Virus record (IMG/VR): IMGVR_UViG_3300029875_000005 | Location: 1 to 64,000 of that record | Reading direction: 5' to 3' (one strand) | DNA from: a virus | DNA length: 64,000 nucleotides | Shown: one piece after another, positions 37,952 through 45,944 of the stretch | How the letters are laid out: every line of letters starts with the position of its first letter | How positions within the stretch are numbered: the first letter of the stretch is position 1 | Program-made: the position numbers and the translations under genes | The notes under the pieces: generated by a model | Database searches by the model: none | Told to the model about the DNA's origin: nothing | Seen by the model: only the letters and a program-made list of their open reading frames with translations

Positions 37952-38391
37952 GACTGATCAAGAGAATTTTTGTTCATTGTACTGCCTCTTCTCAGAAATG
38001 GGGCGTAAAGGAACTTTGGGACGAGTTTAAGCGCAAAGGTTGGAATAACCCAGGGTATCATTACGTGATTACTGCTGATGGTGGGATTCACCAGATGCTG
38101 CCGGTAGAAATGGTTAGCAACGGTGTGAAGGGATATAATGCTACGGCTATCAATGTGGCTTACGTTGGCGGCATCAACAAGAAGGGAAAGGCGGTAGACA
38201 ACAGAACTGAGGAGCAGAAGAAATCGCTTATCACTCTGCTCACTCAGCTGAAGAAGAAATATCCGTATGCTGAAATCTTAGGGCACAGGGATATTTCGCC
38301 CGACAAGAACCATAATGGCGTAGTGGATCCTTGGGAGAGAATCAAGGAGTGCCCTTGCTTTGAAGCTAAAGTTGAATACAAAGAGATATAG
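37948..38391 (+). CDS. N-acetylmuramoyl-L-alanine amidase endolysin (Amidase_2/PGRP, T7-lysozyme-like)
   Basis: IFVHCTAS, GYHYVI, ILGHRD and KECPCF give the Zn-ligand pattern H...H...C of Amidase_2. Confidence 0.85.
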   Translation: MRLIKRIFVHCTASSQKWGVKELWDEFKRKGWNNPGYHYVITADGGIHQMLPVEMVSNGVKGYNATAINVAYVGGINKKGKAVDNRTEEQKKSLITLLTQLKKKYPYAEILGHRDISPDKNHNGVVDPWERIKECPCFEAKVEYKEI

Positions 38392-38394
38392 CTT

Positions 38395-38835
38395 ATGAAA
38401 TGGTATGACATAAGGTTTTGGAAATGGGCTTGCATCGGCTTGATGATTGGAATTATCCTATTGTCATTTACAGGATGCAAGACGAAGGAGTATATCAAGG
38501 TTCCTTCTGTTAGAACTGAATACGTATGCAGAACTGATACTTTTGCTAAGTTGGATAGTATCTACATGAAGGATTCGGTATATGTTTTTCAGAAAGGTGA
38601 TACGGTTTTCCATAACAAGGTGGTTTATCGGGACCGGTATCATAATATATATAAGGTGAAGACGGACACGATCATCAAGAGGGATTCTGTTGGCGTGCCT
38701 TATCCTATAGAGCGACAACTGACGAAGAACGAACAAAGGCTGATGTCGCTAGGCAGATGTTATATCGCCTTTCTGTTCATACTGGCGGTTTGCGCGATTG
38801 GGTTTACTCTCTGGTACAGAAACAAAAAATGCTAG
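38395..38835 (+). CDS. unimolecular spanin candidate
   Basis: N-terminal lipoprotein signal (LLSFTGC) plus a C-terminal TM helix (CYIAFLFILAVCAIGFTLWY). Lies immediately downstream of the endolysin. Confidence 0.55.
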   Translation: MKWYDIRFWKWACIGLMIGIILLSFTGCKTKEYIKVPSVRTEYVCRTDTFAKLDSIYMKDSVYVFQKGDTVFHNKVVYRDRYHNIYKVKTDTIIKRDSVGVPYPIERQLTKNEQRLMSLGRCYIAFLFILAVCAIGFTLWYRNKKC

Positions 38836-38838
38836 CTT

Positions 38839-39150
38839 ATGGCTAAGATTAGCGAAGAACTGCAGATGATTGATTCGCTCCTGATGGAATTTCATGAGCG
38901 GATTCAGAGCGGAAGATGTCTGACGAGCAAGCAGCAAAATGCTTTCATGCTTGATTTTCTGCACCGCATTGCCAATAAGGACGAGCCTATCAGCAAGGCA
39001 GAGGCATGCAGCTATGTTCGTGTTTCCAGGGCTACCTTTGACCGCCTTGTGAAAGAAGGCAGGCTGCCAAAGGGTAAAAAGCGGAAAGGATGGACCGAGC
39101 TGGTTTGGTACGAAAAAGATTTAGATAAATATGTAGATAGATTGGTATAG
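38839..39150 (+). CDS. excisionase-like / MerR-type HTH DNA-binding protein
   Basis: ISKAEACSYVRVSRATFDRLVKEGRLPKGKKRKGWTELVWYEKDL is an HTH_17/Xis-like pattern. Confidence 0.55.
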   Translation: MAKISEELQMIDSLLMEFHERIQSGRCLTSKQQNAFMLDFLHRIANKDEPISKAEACSYVRVSRATFDRLVKEGRLPKGKKRKGWTELVWYEKDLDKYVDRLV

Positions 39151-39220
39151 ATTTTACTTTTTTATTTTTAGTTAGTTGTATTAATTAGGTTTTAAGTAGA
39201 TTTTTTCATTGCAAAAAGAA

Positions 39221-39250
39221 ACCCCCACTCGGCTGTGATAGCTGGGTGGG
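39221..39250. terminator. intrinsic terminator ending the leftward early operon
   Basis: CCCCACTCGGCT-GTGAT-AGCTGGGTGGGG forms a 12-bp stem. On the - strand it is followed by TTTCTTTTT. Confidence 0.7.
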
Positions 39251-39263
39251 GATTGTGGGTTAT

Positions 39264-39734
39264 TTATTTCATGAATGCCATCCAAATAGTTTGGTTCTTG
39301 ATGGTGGTACGATGTCCGAATATAGGTTTGTAATCGGTGATAGCCTTTAGTACATCACTAACCTTTATCTGCTGTTCGTTCCACTTGAAAATGAGCGTTC
39401 CGTTTGTTTTCAGTACCCTCATGCCCTCATGGATAGAATCATTGATGAACGCTTGCCAATTTTCGGGCAGTTTGCCATATTTCTTGCATAACCATGAGTT
39501 CTGTCCTACCTTTAACAAATGAGGAGGGTCGAATACAACCATATTGAATGTTTCATCTTCGAATGGCAAATTAGTGCAATCGGCTATCATATCGGGTTGT
39601 ACGTCTAATTTGCGTCCATCACATAATGTGTCGTGATATTCTCTTATGTCGGTAAAAAGTACCTGTGGGTCCTGCTTATCGAAATAAAACATACGAGATC
39701 CGCAACACATATCTAATATTCTTTGTTTCTTCAT
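39264..39734 (-). CDS. small SAM-dependent DNA methyltransferase (orphan)
   Basis: Motif I ILDMCCGS and motif IV VVFDPPHL (a DPPY/DPPH-type amino-MTase). 156 aa with no adjacent endonuclease. Confidence 0.7.
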   Translation of the reverse strand: MKKQRILDMCCGSRMFYFDKQDPQVLFTDIREYHDTLCDGRKLDVQPDMIADCTNLPFEDETFNMVVFDPPHLLKVGQNSWLCKKYGKLPENWQAFINDSIHEGMRVLKTNGTLIFKWNEQQIKVSDVLKAITDYKPIFGHRTTIKNQTIWMAFMK

Positions 39735-39737
39735 ACG

Positions 39738-39971
39738 CTACTTATTTTTATGACAAGGACAGCTCTTAGCGTGGATAACACAAACTCCATGTTTCGTGTC
39801 CACAACTAGATAATCGTGTCCTTCCTCAGTGAATACTGTCGTACCAATCTTCTTTGCAGGTTTATTGATATTAGCAAACGAGCGAATGCCCTCAAATATC
39901 AATGTTCCTACAAACAAACACAAGACAAACCAAACGGCTGACTTGATTAAGTTTAAAATCTTATTCTTCAT
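39738..39971 (-). CDS. small membrane-anchored protein
   Basis: Start set at MKNKILNLIKSAVWFVLCLFVG (ATG at 39971). One TM helix and a C-terminal CPCH motif. Confidence 0.5.
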   Translation of the reverse strand: MKNKILNLIKSAVWFVLCLFVGTLIFEGIRSFANINKPAKKIGTTVFTEEGHDYLVVDTKHGVCVIHAKSCPCHKNK

Positions 39972-40094
39972 CTTCACACATTTTATTCCATATATTAACA
40001 CACCCAACGAACTCTTCGACTTCTTCTATACTATTCAATATAATAGTAATGCTTCCATCTTCGTTCCAGTGCTGATTACTTACATCTACCATAA

Positions 40095-40496
40095 CTATTC
40101 CTCCACTTTTACGCCAAATGGAGTGCAATCGGCAAAGGTAAATTTTTTAATAGTGTCATCAAACCACCATCCATCATATCCATTTAACCTGAATCTATTG
40201 TTTAGCATTGTGATAAATGAATAATATCCGTTTTCTTTGCTCTTCAACCACCCAAACGGCTGGTGCTTTTGCATTTCTGCCCAGCACTCTTCTGCATCCT
40301 TGAATGGGCGGTACTTTGATTCGGGCTTAACACGGTACTCTGTATTATTCCAAAACTCAATCTCTTTCATTTCCGCCCAATCATTCGGAACACTTGTACC
40401 TTTTACGGCACTCGGCTTTGTCCTACACTCAATTGCCTTTCCTTTAGCAAAAGCTTGCAGAATAGGATAAAATTCTTTAGCTTCTTCTCTTGTCAT
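40095..40496 (-). CDS. hypothetical early protein
   Basis: 133-aa ORF. Confidence 0.6.
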   Translation of the reverse strand: MTREEAKEFYPILQAFAKGKAIECRTKPSAVKGTSVPNDWAEMKEIEFWNNTEYRVKPESKYRPFKDAEECWAEMQKHQPFGWLKSKENGYYSFITMLNNRFRLNGYDGWWFDDTIKKFTFADCTPFGVKVEE

Positions 40497-40602
40497 ATTC
40501 TATTTATTTCTTTTACAGTAATATTAACACGGATTGAGAATCCATTAACTATTTTATATACTCTATGACCAACATAGATAGTTTTAATCTCGTAAGAGTG
40601 TT

Positions 40603-40941
40603 TCATTCTTTAGTTTTTGATTGATTCTTATAAAACTCTGGAACTCTATTTACTTCCCACCAAGAACCTCCTTCATCACCACGAGATTCTATCCATACAG
40701 GTTCTTTAGTATCTTTATCTTGACAGTATACAGTACCTAAAACTTCATCATGTCGAAAGATAGAATCTACTTCAAAGTCTAAATCTTCTAGAGTAGTATA
40801 AGACTTACAATAACCATCCCTATCACGATTATAATCTCTAGCAAAAGATTCTTCATCATTACATAGGTCTATTTTGAGTATTTCTAGGTTATTCTCTTTA
40901 ACAACTTCTAGAAGAGACTCTTTGATATTCTCTTTGCTCAT
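40603..40941 (-). CDS. hypothetical early protein
   Basis: 112-aa ORF. Confidence 0.6.
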   Translation of the reverse strand: MSKENIKESLLEVVKENNLEILKIDLCNDEESFARDYNRDRDGYCKSYTTLEDLDFEVDSIFRHDEVLGTVYCQDKDTKEPVWIESRGDEGGSWWEVNRVPEFYKNQSKTKE

Positions 40942-41099
40942 TGCTTATCCTCCTTTGTATTACATGTTGCTTGGTCTCCTTCATAGTAAGGAGCACCGAC
41001 TTTAGGTAATATCTGAGTGTTCCTGTTACAAGAACATTGCATCACCCAAGGTGCGTTTACCTTACCACACCTAGGGCATATCCATCCTTCTTGTGCCAT
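40938..41099 (-). CDS. 53-aa zinc-ribbon micro-protein (below the ORF-track cutoff)
   Basis: Hand translation: MAQEGWICPRCGKVNAPWVMQCSCNRNTQILPK... The stop overlaps the next start (ATGA). Confidence 0.5.
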   Translation of the reverse strand: MAQEGWICPRCGKVNAPWVMQCSCNRNTQILPKVGAPYYEGDQATCNTKEDKQ

Positions 41100-41119
41100 A
41101 TTGTATTTAACTTTACTTA

Positions 41120-41455
41120 TTATTTATCCTCATTTAATTTAAACTGATTTGATAAAAATGAATCATTCTTTATCAAGTTGACAATTTCTTCTTCCGAATG
41201 AATGCCTTTCCAAAATAGTTCGGTATGTGAGCCCCTTCTTTCATCATCTATAGAAAACGGAACACCATAATTAGTATAAACCTCTCCGTGATGCTTGATG
41301 AGATGGCGACCAGGATTCTTTCGGATATTATTTATCCAAGTTTCATTATCGCATTCGCGCCATATCTCATACTCTGCCCCTGTCAGCGTTTTGTCAATGC
41401 CAATAGGATAATGACCGGAACACCCATTTGTTCCAAAATAAATAATCTCTGCCAT
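41120..41455 (-). CDS. hypothetical early protein
   Basis: 111-aa ORF. Confidence 0.6.
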   Translation of the reverse strand: MAEIIYFGTNGCSGHYPIGIDKTLTGAEYEIWRECDNETWINNIRKNPGRHLIKHHGEVYTNYGVPFSIDDERRGSHTELFWKGIHSEEEIVNLIKNDSFLSNQFKLNEDK

Positions 41456-41469
41456 ATTCTTTTCTTTTT

Positions 41470-41495
41470 ACCCTCTCCCTTTTACAGGAGAGGGT
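41470..41495 (-). promoter_or_regulatory. intercistronic stem-loop (cassette copy e)
   Basis: - strand reads GTAACTAACC-A-CCCTCTCC-TGTAAAAG-GGAGAGGG-T, an 8-bp stem. Confidence 0.6.
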
Positions 41496-41520
41496 GGTTA
41501 GTTACTACATACTAACTTCA

Positions 41521-41928
41521 TTAACTTGCGCAGTCAGGAGCTTCTATGATGCCCGCATCAACCATACGATTTCTAAGAGCATTATAGTACTCCTGCATTC
41601 CAGAAGCTTGCTTTACCATCATCTTGTACTGATAATCGCCAACTTTCTCTCGGAAGCCATCCTTCTGTAAAGCTGTATTCAACTTAGTCAAGCGGTCATA
41701 AAGCTCATCATGCTCAATACGAAGTCTATCCTTAAAGTCATTGTAAGACGCATAAGCTTCATCAAACACACTCTTAGGAGACCAAGACTTATATCCGTCT
41801 TTGTACTCTACCAAGTAGCCATCTTCCTCAACGGTTGCTGGCTTAATTTCTCTACCAAGCACTTTCTGTGCTTCTGTCATAGTCATAGGCTCTGCCATAA
41901 TGACCTTTGTTCCAATGTACTGTTTCAT
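41521..41928 (-). CDS. hypothetical early protein
   Basis: 135-aa ORF. The N-terminus is MKQYIGTKVIMAEPMT; any resemblance to recurrent phage proteins is from memory only and was not checked. Confidence 0.6.
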   Translation of the reverse strand: MKQYIGTKVIMAEPMTMTEAQKVLGREIKPATVEEDGYLVEYKDGYKSWSPKSVFDEAYASYNDFKDRLRIEHDELYDRLTKLNTALQKDGFREKVGDYQYKMMVKQASGMQEYYNALRNRMVDAGIIEAPDCAS

Positions 41929-41946
41929 TATATTACTTATATTTAT

Positions 41947-41960
41947 ATCCCATAAGGGAT
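41947..41960 (-). promoter_or_regulatory. intercistronic stem-loop (cassette copy a)
   Basis: - strand reads GAG-TAA-CTAACC-ATCCC-TTAT-GGGAT-ATAAATATAAGTAATATAATG. Confidence 0.55.
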
Positions 41961-41966
41961 GGTTAG

Positions 41967-42152
41967 TTACTCTGGTGTCTTCGTTGTATATTTATCAGAT
42001 GAAATGTGCAGAAACACATAATCGCCATCACTGGTAGTCTCGTTAATATCACAAGAAACACCTTCTGCTTTGTCAAATACAAGCATTTCACAATCTTTGC
42101 CTACGAAGCTAATGTAAGATTGCAAATGCCCTATCAACTCACTTGCTTTCAT
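41967..42152 (-). CDS. hypothetical small early protein
   Basis: 61-aa ORF (MKASELIGHLQSY...). Resembles the neighbouring 50-aa ORF. Confidence 0.55.
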   Translation of the reverse strand: MKASELIGHLQSYISFVGKDCEMLVFDKAEGVSCDINETTSDGDYVFLHISSDKYTTKTPE

Positions 42153-42168
42153 ATTACTATCTATTTAT

Positions 42169-42182
42169 ATCCTTTGCAGGAT
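42169..42182 (-). promoter_or_regulatory. intercistronic stem-loop (cassette copy b)
   Basis: - strand reads TAT-TAA-CC-ATCCT-GCAA-AGGAT-ATAAATAGATAGTAATATG. Confidence 0.55.
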
Positions 42183-42184
42183 GG

Positions 42185-42337
42185 TTAATAAATCACAACA
42201 CAATCATCAAATACTGATACACTATCAACATTCAGAGGTTGCCCATTTTCTTGTGTACCATGAGAATATGGGAAGTTGACTTCCATAGTCTTATCCTCAA
42301 TCTTTGATAATTCATCAATTAATTCTTGTACTGTCAT
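42185..42337 (-). CDS. 50-aa small early protein (below the ORF-track cutoff)
   Basis: Hand translation: MTVQELIDELSKIEDKTMEVNFPYSHGTQENGQPLNVDSVSVFDDCVVIY. Confidence 0.5.
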   Translation of the reverse strand: MTVQELIDELSKIEDKTMEVNFPYSHGTQENGQPLNVDSVSVFDDCVVIY

Positions 42338-42364
42338 ATTACTACTATTTATGCCCAAAAGCGA

Positions 42365-42670
42365 TTAACTAATCTTTTTGATACTATCAATTTCCATACT
42401 CCATAGTACAAACTCTCTATTGGAGCGAGTGCCATCTTTCTTAGTAGGGTTGATTCTTACTTCAATCTCACCATTATAGCCACTGTAACCTCGTTTAGGG
42501 ACGATGCTTGTAATCCAACATACATCACATCTAGAGCAGCTAACTTTGTCTCCAACTTTGTATGGAAGACTTTCGATGTAATCATTTACGTAAGAACAAA
42601 TCTCATTGTTAGCATCATTGATAATGCTTAGTTGCTTGGCAACCTTTGCTTGTAATTCATCTTTTTTCAT
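42365..42670 (-). CDS. hypothetical early protein
   Basis: 101-aa ORF. Confidence 0.6.
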   Translation of the reverse strand: MKKDELQAKVAKQLSIINDANNEICSYVNDYIESLPYKVGDKVSCSRCDVCWITSIVPKRGYSGYNGEIEVRINPTKKDGTRSNREFVLWSMEIDSIKKIS

Positions 42671-42685
42671 ATCTTTTAAAATTAT

Positions 42686-42695
42686 GCCCGAAGGC
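42686..42695 (-). promoter_or_regulatory. intercistronic stem-loop (cassette copy d, UUCG loop)
   Basis: - strand reads GTT-TAA-C-GCC-TTCG-GGC-ATAATTTTAAAAGATATG. Confidence 0.5.
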
Positions 42696-42696
42696 G

Positions 42697-42804
42697 TTAA
42701 ACTTTCATTTCATTTATGATGCAAGGGTTCTCTTCATCAAAACTGCATACGACCCCCTGCAATGTGCAATACCCTTGGTTGCAATATTCACAATAATCTT
42801 CCAT
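42697..42804 (-). CDS. 35-aa Cys-rich micro-ORF (below the ORF-track cutoff)
   Basis: Hand translation: MEDYCEYCNQGYCTLQGVVCSFDEENPCIINEMKV. It starts 2 nt after the upstream stop. Confidence 0.35.
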   Translation of the reverse strand: MEDYCEYCNQGYCTLQGVVCSFDEENPCIINEMKV

Positions 42805-42806
42805 AT

Positions 42807-43175
42807 CTACACCTCCATTTCTGAGTTAAGTCCTAGACCGAAGAGAAGATGCTGGAGTTGATGAACAAAACTAATACTAGCAATATTATGTCTGTCTAGA
42901 CCTACACACACCAAGAACTCACCCAAAGTTGTCATATCTTTTGTTATATACAGATAAGCTCTTTTTGTTGGCAATCTATACCAACCATAACCATCATCCT
43001 TCCATCCATTTTTCTCTAGAATCTCAGGAGTAAGAGGAACTCCAGATAATCTTACTGGGCTTACTGGATGCCTTACATAAGATAATTCATAACCATTTGA
43101 AGCAAGTATATCTATAATAGTATGTATTCTGTTTTTATACATAACAATATCACCAATAATAAACTCCTGTTTCAT
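42807..43175 (-). CDS. hypothetical early protein
   Basis: 122-aa ORF. Confidence 0.6.
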   Translation of the reverse strand: MKQEFIIGDIVMYKNRIHTIIDILASNGYELSYVRHPVSPVRLSGVPLTPEILEKNGWKDDGYGWYRLPTKRAYLYITKDMTTLGEFLVCVGLDRHNIASISFVHQLQHLLFGLGLNSEMEV

Positions 43176-43201
43176 ACGCTTAATTCTTTCTTAATCATAA
43201 T

Positions 43202-43630
43202 CTATTCATCCTTATCTTTTAGTTCAACGAAATCTCCAATACCCAAACGAGCTTTATTGATGCAATCACATATCCACCCCATAAGGTATGCCTGATGCTC
43301 ATTTCTACCATTATACATTCTTTCCAAATCGCATGCATCGTTGATAGACGACAGAACATGAAATGCCTCATGACAGATATTCTTCATAGTCATGTCTTTC
43401 TTCTTCGGGAAGACGACAAGATTGCCGATGTATCCAGCTTTACTCATACATTCGTCATAAACCATACCTCCGTATTTTCCTTCATTCATAGGACTGTCGT
43501 TGTGAACAAGAGGTTTGCCTTTCATGTCGGTAAAGCATTTGTCTATTTCTTCTTCGGATGTATTGTACATCACCCAAAGTCTCCTTGGGTAAATCTGTGG
43601 TATATATTCGTAATATCCTTTCTTCTTCAT
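43202..43630 (-). CDS. hypothetical protein with HExxH motif
   Basis: 142 aa. NICHEAFHVLSSINDAC contains HEAFH. Confidence 0.55.
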   Translation of the reverse strand: MKKKGYYEYIPQIYPRRLWVMYNTSEEEIDKCFTDMKGKPLVHNDSPMNEGKYGGMVYDECMSKAGYIGNLVVFPKKKDMTMKNICHEAFHVLSSINDACDLERMYNGRNEHQAYLMGWICDCINKARLGIGDFVELKDKDE

Positions 43631-43632
43631 AT

Positions 43633-43854
43633 TTATTTTCCTTTCTTTTTAGGAACATACTCATCTAACTCATCGTCAAACTCATAGCAGTCTGGGCAGT
43701 AGTGCTTATCACCTATTTCTGCCCATTCGCTTTCCATTGCTTGCTCTTTTGCAGTTCCTTCGTCCAACCAAGCCGCAATACCGTTAAACTCATCAATGAA
43801 GGTCTTTCCACATCTGTCACAAACGACAGAGTACATAGTTACTGGCTTAATCAT
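43633..43854 (-). CDS. small zinc-ribbon protein
   Basis: 73 aa with CDRCGK ... CPDC, a four-Cys pattern. Confidence 0.55.
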   Translation of the reverse strand: MIKPVTMYSVVCDRCGKTFIDEFNGIAAWLDEGTAKEQAMESEWAEIGDKHYCPDCYEFDDELDEYVPKKKGK

Positions 43855-44206
43855 GGTTGCCTCCCTCCTTTGGCAGTAAATCAGATAAATAAGTCCACTT
43901 ATCTATTTGGTAAATAGAAACTTTCTCATCCCAATTTTCTATAGGAGAACGCTCAAAATATAACGCTTCTAACAAACCGTACTTATCCAAGTAAGCAATA
44001 TTAACATCTTTAATTTCAGGCTCTTCACTAGCAGGATGCCACAAGTCCTTCAAGAACTCATTGATAGCCCACTTAGCGCCAGTCTTGAAGCTATCTTTGC
44101 CCCTAAGACAAATCATTTCTTCCTCAACCTCGCCACTATTGTATCTAGCATACTCTGTCTCAATATGCTTATTAGCAGCTTCTTTTATTTTCTTATCGTC
44201 TATCAT
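43847..44206 (-). CDS. hypothetical early protein
   Basis: 119-aa ORF with an 8-nt overlap with the downstream gene. Confidence 0.6.
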   Translation of the reverse strand: MIDDKKIKEAANKHIETEYARYNSGEVEEEMICLRGKDSFKTGAKWAINEFLKDLWHPASEEPEIKDVNIAYLDKYGLLEALYFERSPIENWDEKVSIYQIDKWTYLSDLLPKEGGNHD

Positions 44207-44424
44207 AATCTACCCTTTCTTTTTCTAAGTTCTAACATTCTCCTAGTTCTACGGCTTTCCTTGCCACTAGGAGGGTTACCACCAAGCTTTACTTCTGGGA
44301 TTTCATAATTCATATAGATGGAAGCTTCTTCATTGAGTGCCTTAACTACTTCTTCTTCAATCAAGACTTCTTTAAGTGATACACCAGTTGGTGTTACAAT
44401 TATCTTTGCATCGTCTCTAATCAT
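44203..44424 (-). CDS. hypothetical small early protein
   Basis: 73-aa ORF with a 4-nt overlap with the downstream gene. Confidence 0.5.
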   Translation of the reverse strand: MIRDDAKIIVTPTGVSLKEVLIEEEVVKALNEEASIYMNYEIPEVKLGGNPPSGKESRRTRRMLELRKRKGRL

Positions 44425-44426
44425 AC

Positions 44427-44825
44427 TTACTCCTCATCTTTAGTTCCATACTCCTGTTGTAACTTCTTGACCTCGCTCACGAACTTACTGACATCAATAT
44501 CACAATCAATTACCTCTTGATGGTTTTTGATAGCGTCTTCTATCAGATGGGTGCATTCTTCGGTAAAACCACAGATACGATCACCTTCGATGGTGTAGAG
44601 ATACTTGTGGGTGTTATAGTAAGCACACTGACAGAGAGATAAGCCCTCTGAGTTGAGGCGGTCCCGTACATCGGGATTGTTGATGCGAAGGACCACCATC
44701 TTACCCTTACTAGAATAGTACTTGCGGTATTTGATTCGGTCTGCAACGATGATTGCTATAGCTACCAACCACAGGATAGATAGCACGATGATAACATCTA
44801 TTTGAATTGTATTCATAACTTTCAT
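44427..44825 (-). CDS. hypothetical protein with N-terminal TM anchor
   Basis: 132 aa, beginning IDVIIVLSILWLVAIAIIVA. Confidence 0.55.
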   Translation of the reverse strand: MKVMNTIQIDVIIVLSILWLVAIAIIVADRIKYRKYYSSKGKMVVLRINNPDVRDRLNSEGLSLCQCAYYNTHKYLYTIEGDRICGFTEECTHLIEDAIKNHQEVIDCDIDVSKFVSEVKKLQQEYGTKDEE

Positions 44826-44839
44826 TTTTTATTGTTTGT

Positions 44840-45505
44840 TTATCTTAATTCGGTCATTCTTCCACGATTTTGAATGTTCAGTTCCTTATTGACATCATGT
44901 AGGCTGACCGATGGCAATGTATGCGTATCGGGGTCTAAACCCTTCGACTTGCAGTAGTTTCTCCATGCCTCTATGCCATGAGGTTTCTTTGCATCCTCTA
45001 TCGCTTTCAGTCGCTCTTCTTCTTTTCTGCGCTCGTCCTCTACCCTTCCACGCTCAAGCAGAAGTTCTTTTTCGTATGAATCAAGTGCTACCATTAAATC
45101 TTGTGGATTGATGGTAGTAGCAGTAGACTTGTCTTCATATTCATGCTTATACTGATACAGTTTTCCATACTTACCTTCCATTATTCGAATAAAGGCGTAG
45201 TCGAGTTCAGTTGTAGTCCAATAATAGTACTTTGTGCATAATCTCGTTGCAAGCATTTGTATCTGAAACTCCGTGACTATATCGAAGACTCCAAGAAAAG
45301 TGAAGAGTTCTATCAGCCTGCCCTTTACCCATCCGACGAGTGAGCGCAAGCCACCTTGCTTCTGAACACTGAGCAAGGTAGTTGTACTTTTACATATAGC
45401 ACTCGTAAAGGAAGCTGGTCGGACATAGTTCGGTTTATCCTTGATAATCGGAACCAAGGATTCTTGCAGCCTTTGCTGCGAGATTGACAGATCGTTGTTG
45501 TTCAT
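44840..45505 (-). CDS. hypothetical early protein (possible replication-associated)
   Basis: The ORF runs 44840..45547. The ATG at 45505 (MNNNDLS) is the preferred start. Even so it overlaps the upstream gene by about 70 nt. Confidence 0.5.
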   Translation of the reverse strand: MNNNDLSISQQRLQESLVPIIKDKPNYVRPASFTSAICKSTTTLLSVQKQGGLRSLVGWVKGRLIELFTFLGVFDIVTEFQIQMLATRLCTKYYYWTTTELDYAFIRIMEGKYGKLYQYKHEYEDKSTATTINPQDLMVALDSYEKELLLERGRVEDERRKEEERLKAIEDAKKPHGIEAWRNYCKSKGLDPDTHTLPSVSLHDVNKELNIQNRGRMTELR

Positions 45506-45923
45506 AATCTTGCTTTTGGATGATTTCGTCATTCCAGCACTCGCCATTAAGATAAGTGAGTGGGTCTTTTCTGTACACAGGGTCGGGCGTGGATGCTACG
45601 TAAAGGGGTGTAGCTTTCATACAAGCTACCTTATCGTTAAGGCTTAACTTCTTCCACTTAGCCTCTGCTTTCTTGCGGCCTCGTTTTTTATTGTAGGCAT
45701 TCCACCATTCCTCAAAAGGCGGTTCGAAGACCAACATCTGTTTTTGCTCTTCTTCAACCTCCAAGTCTACCGTCTCCACTTCGGCATTATTGTCGAACAA
45801 CTCAGAAGGCTTGTAATACTTACCCGTAAGCGCCCATCTTGCACCGGCAACAAAAGCATCTTGCAGGGGTTCACTTTCCGAATATTTATTAGCCTCCGAA
45901 TGGATTTCCTTTAACGTTTTCAT
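45435..45923 (-). CDS. hypothetical early protein with basic W-x-x-Y-x-K-K-x-G-x-K-K-A motif
   Basis: EEWWNAYNKKRGRKKAEAKWKKLS is a motif seen in phage replication-module proteins of unknown function. Confidence 0.55.
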   Translation of the reverse strand: MKTLKEIHSEANKYSESEPLQDAFVAGARWALTGKYYKPSELFDNNAEVETVDLEVEEEQKQMLVFEPPFEEWWNAYNKKRGRKKAEAKWKKLSLNDKVACMKATPLYVASTPDPVYRKDPLTYLNGECWNDEIIQKQDYEQQRSVNLAAKAARILGSDYQG

Positions 45924-45944
45924 AAGCTATATGATTTTGATGAT

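Noticed and set aside
45435-45547. A 70-113 nt overlap between ORFs 45435-45923 and 44840-45547, and a 65-nt overlap at 35898-35962, considered as possible programmed frameshift sites.
   Set aside because: No slippery heptamer or downstream structure was evident by eye. Both downstream ORFs have in-frame ATG starts, so simple overlapping genes is the conservative reading.
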